DNA from: a virus
Taxonomy: Duplodnaviria > Caudoviricetes
Virus record (IMG/VR): IMGVR_UViG_2636415473_000002
Coordinates: 19,169 to 83,168 of that record
Strand: one strand, 5' to 3'
Length of the DNA: 64,000 nt
A program made the position numbers and the translations under genes. The notes under the pieces are model-generated. The model had not been told where the DNA came from, made no database searches, and was given only the letters and a program-made list of their open reading frames with translations. This document shows, in pieces, positions 61,708-64,000 of the stretch (position 1 is its first letter; every line of letters starts with the position of its first letter).

Positions 61708-61983
61708 GTGATACTAATGAAAGTAAAATGTAATGAATGTTCCAAAGAGTTTCCTATCAACTTAAAAAAGAAGAAACATGGAAAGGCTGTAGTTGAAACA
61801 TATTTTGTTTGTCCGCATTGTTCTGCACGATTTAGTGCTGCATTTACAAATGATCGAGCTAGGAAATGTCAAAAGCAAATACAAAAGCTTTGGGCTGAAA
61901 TAAGAGGTTGTGGAAGTCCACAACTGGCTGAGCACAAGAAAGAGAAAATCGATAAATTAACTAAGGAAAACAAAAAAATATGA
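61708..61983 (+). CDS. Zinc-ribbon phage protein (pre-HNH position)
   Basis: CNEC...YFVCPHC. Confidence 0.65.
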   Translation: MILMKVKCNECSKEFPINLKKKKHGKAVVETYFVCPHCSARFSAAFTNDRARKCQKQIQKLWAEIRGCGSPQLAEHKKEKIDKLTKENKKI

Positions 61984-62048
61984 GTGAGTTGAAAGCACAG
62001 TACGCATCTACTTGATGGGTACTTTTTTGATTAGGAGGAATCGTTACC

Positions 62049-62384
62049 TCGGCAGAGTATCAGACAAAGGAACAGAAGAAGAAGTTCTATAGGTCGGGGC
62101 GATGGGAGTCATTAAGGATTCATGCTCTCGAAAGAGATAACTACGAATGTCAACAATGCAAGCGTGAAGGCAAAGTTCGTGTGGACTCAAAGAAGGTACA
62201 AGGTGAGCGCAAGAGCATTGAATTAAATGTGCATCACAAGTACGAGATAGAACATTATCCAAAGCTTGCTTTAGTTCTTGATAACTTAGAAACGCTTTGT
62301 CTTAGCGGCCATAACAAAATGCATCCTGAAAAAGGATTCGGTAAGAAAGGGAAGCAGGCGAAGTGGGGTGACGAGAAGTGGTAA
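62049..62384 (+). pseudogene. HNH endonuclease, start codon lost
   Basis: Open frame FY.S..W..LR...LERDNYECQQC..VHH..NLETLCLSGHN; TCG in place of the start codon after AGGAGG. Confidence 0.75.
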
Positions 62385-62517
62385 GACCCCCGGCCCAATA
62401 TTTTGTTAATTTTTAAAACTCTGGGGACCGGAGAGGGGCTCGAATTTCCAGATTTACGAGTAATTTCTCGTGAGACTATTAAATTGGGGACTACTGTAAA
62501 TTAGGGAGGGGAATAGG

Positions 62518-62981
62518 GTGGCAAAAGTGAGCGTGAAACGTTAAGAAAAAGAATTGAAAAGGATTTGAATAATCAATTAAAAGTAAAAAAGATTGCGGGA
62601 AATTTAGCTGTTGTTCGGCTAACTAATATGCCAGCGATCTTAACTGAAATTGCTTATATTGACTCAAAAGATGCTGAATTGCTAAAGAATAATAATTTCA
62701 ACAAGGATATGGCTGCTGAATATGCATGAGGTGTAGCGAAATATTTGGATTTACCATTTAAAATAGTTACAGCGAAAAAGAATTGGGAGGAAGCTACACT
62801 AAGTGGATATCTTGAAGGATACCCACCGTCAATTAGAGATATAGGAAAAGAAGTGGGCTTGAAATCATCTAGCACAGTCTCAGGTCATTTAGTTAAGCTA
62901 AGAGACAAAGGACTAATTGGTTGGGAAGACGGGAAACCTAGGACTTTACATATAATAAATAAAGAAATCTCGTTTAAATAG
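62518..62981 (+). pseudogene. Chimeric relic terS::Amidase_3::SLH-like::LexA-type HTH
   Basis: RETLRKRIEKDL; NLAVVRLTNMPAILTEIAYID; AKKNWEEA..GY; GYPPSIRDIGKEVGLKSSSTV. Confidence 0.65.
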
Positions 62982-63593
62982 TTAAGAAGAGCCCTTCTCG
63001 ATGTGAGAGGGCTTAATTCTTTTTCTAATACTTGGGTCATACCAAACGTCATCAATGGCCATGTTTTTTCCACTTCTTGAATAATTGAATTTAGCAATAT
63101 TGGCACCTTCAAGATGGTAAGGGACTTCCCAAAACACAGTGATTTCTGATATATCGCTTTCAGCAATCAATTGAGCAGCTAAATCCTCGCTGTATAATTT
63201 TAGAATCTCTTTTGTTGTCTTTTTAGTGTTTTTTGAATCCCACTTCAAATATGGTAACACGATATAATCGTTATCTTTTGCTGTACCGTAATGATCATTT
63301 ACTACAACCTTAGTAATAGCTGTATTGTAATACTCTTTTTTTATTATTTTTTTCACTGTATCAGCTATTTCTTTATCTCTAGCTATCGTACTTACTTCTA
63401 CAATATTTTTAGAAGCAGCTTCCTCTTCAGCTATTAATTTTTCTTTGGCTTTTTGTATAGCATTTTCTTCTTTCTTCTCTAAAGCTTCAGCCTTTTTTTT
63501 AGCCTTCTCTTCTGCGTCTTTAGATTCAAGTGAAGAGGAAGTATTAACTGCCGGAGGATTTTTAACACCATCGATTACTGCTAAAACAATCAT
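62982..63593 (-). CDS. Membrane-anchored extracellular phage protein (start uncertain)
   Basis: Hydrophobic N-terminus continues upstream; K/E/A linker; post-lysis position. Confidence 0.6.
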   Translation of the reverse strand: MIVLAVIDGVKNPPAVNTSSSLESKDAEEKAKKKAEALEKKEENAIQKAKEKLIAEEEAASKNIVEVSTIARDKEIADTVKKIIKKEYYNTAITKVVVNDHYGTAKDNDYIVLPYLKWDSKNTKKTTKEILKLYSEDLAAQLIAESDISEITVFWEVPYHLEGANIAKFNYSRSGKNMAIDDVWYDPSIRKRIKPSHIEKGSS

Positions 63594-63832
63594 TAACCCA
63601 AAAATGGTAACTGATAATAAAATATATCTTTTAAACTTTCCATTCTTCTTAAATAACGAAACTATAACAAATAAAATTATAGGTTTATAAAAAGATAAAA
63701 TGGATCAGAGGAATTACAAATGACTACTATGATCATGAACCCGTTCACTAATGAAATTATCGCAGAGTGAGATTTTCAAATGGTAGAAAACTGGCATTAG
63801 ATAATAAATAACTATAAAAGGGGAGAATTGTT

Positions 63833-64000
63833 ATGGATAAAGAAGTAATTGAATCCAATTTTTTGAGTGCGTGTTTCGATTTGGGAACAGAGCTGCTTTA
63901 TAAAGAAAAGCGAACAGCTGCTGAGAGTCAATTTTTAAAAGCACTTGATATAGTAATAGATTATAAAGGTAGTGTTAGAGCTGAAGTAAAGTGCTCTTAA
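63833..64000 (+). CDS. 55-aa paralog of 38363-38533
   Basis: MDKEVIESNFLSACFDLGTELLYKE..AESQFLK; GGGGAG RBS. Confidence 0.7.
   Translation: MDKEVIESNFLSACFDLGTELLYKEKRTAAESQFLKALDIVIDYKGSVRAEVKCS

Larger units (their letters stand above)
61708..63014 (+). mobile_element. Collapsed prophage remnant 4
   Basis: HNH, cos-like region, terS stub fused to an amidase stub, same post-lysis terminator. Confidence 0.75.

Noticed and set aside
62745-62981. Host lexA gene
   Set aside because: Only an HTH fragment; no peptidase domain or Ala-Gly cleavage site

Overview
AT-rich Bacillaceae chromosomal window made almost entirely of stacked prophage material. (1) 1-22922 is the right half of an apparently intact HK97/phi105-like siphoprophage: HNH end, candidate cos, terminase, portal, protease, capsid, tail with a -1 frameshift chaperone, beta-propeller tail protein, morons, lysis cassette and lipoprotein. 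It ends at a duplicated glnA 3' end (attR). (2) 22923-~30500 is an older decayed prophage at the same glnA site: integrase stub, ArpU, putative Abi gene, an orphan group II intron domain V, a second lysis cassette and an SOS-boxed yolD-like locus. An IS630 relic and two chemoreceptor genes follow. (3) ~33900-58800 is a decayed SPbeta-like element. It carries ~16 kb of small genes whose boundaries repeatedly show a TAAAA-N6-TTTTA palindrome, a second co-oriented AAAGATAAWTTTAYA motif, and a yopP/yopQ/yopR(mrpR)/yopS-like repressor module with no arbitrium genes. (4) ~58900-64000 holds an SDR/TetR pair, a cotD-like gene and a collapsed fourth prophage relic. The best candidate for an undescribed system is the palindrome-delimited gene-cassette array next to tyrosine-recombinase-fold genes. 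Also notable is the conserved internal RBS+GTG in two unrelated endolysins. All family calls come from motif recognition by eye; no database searches were run.
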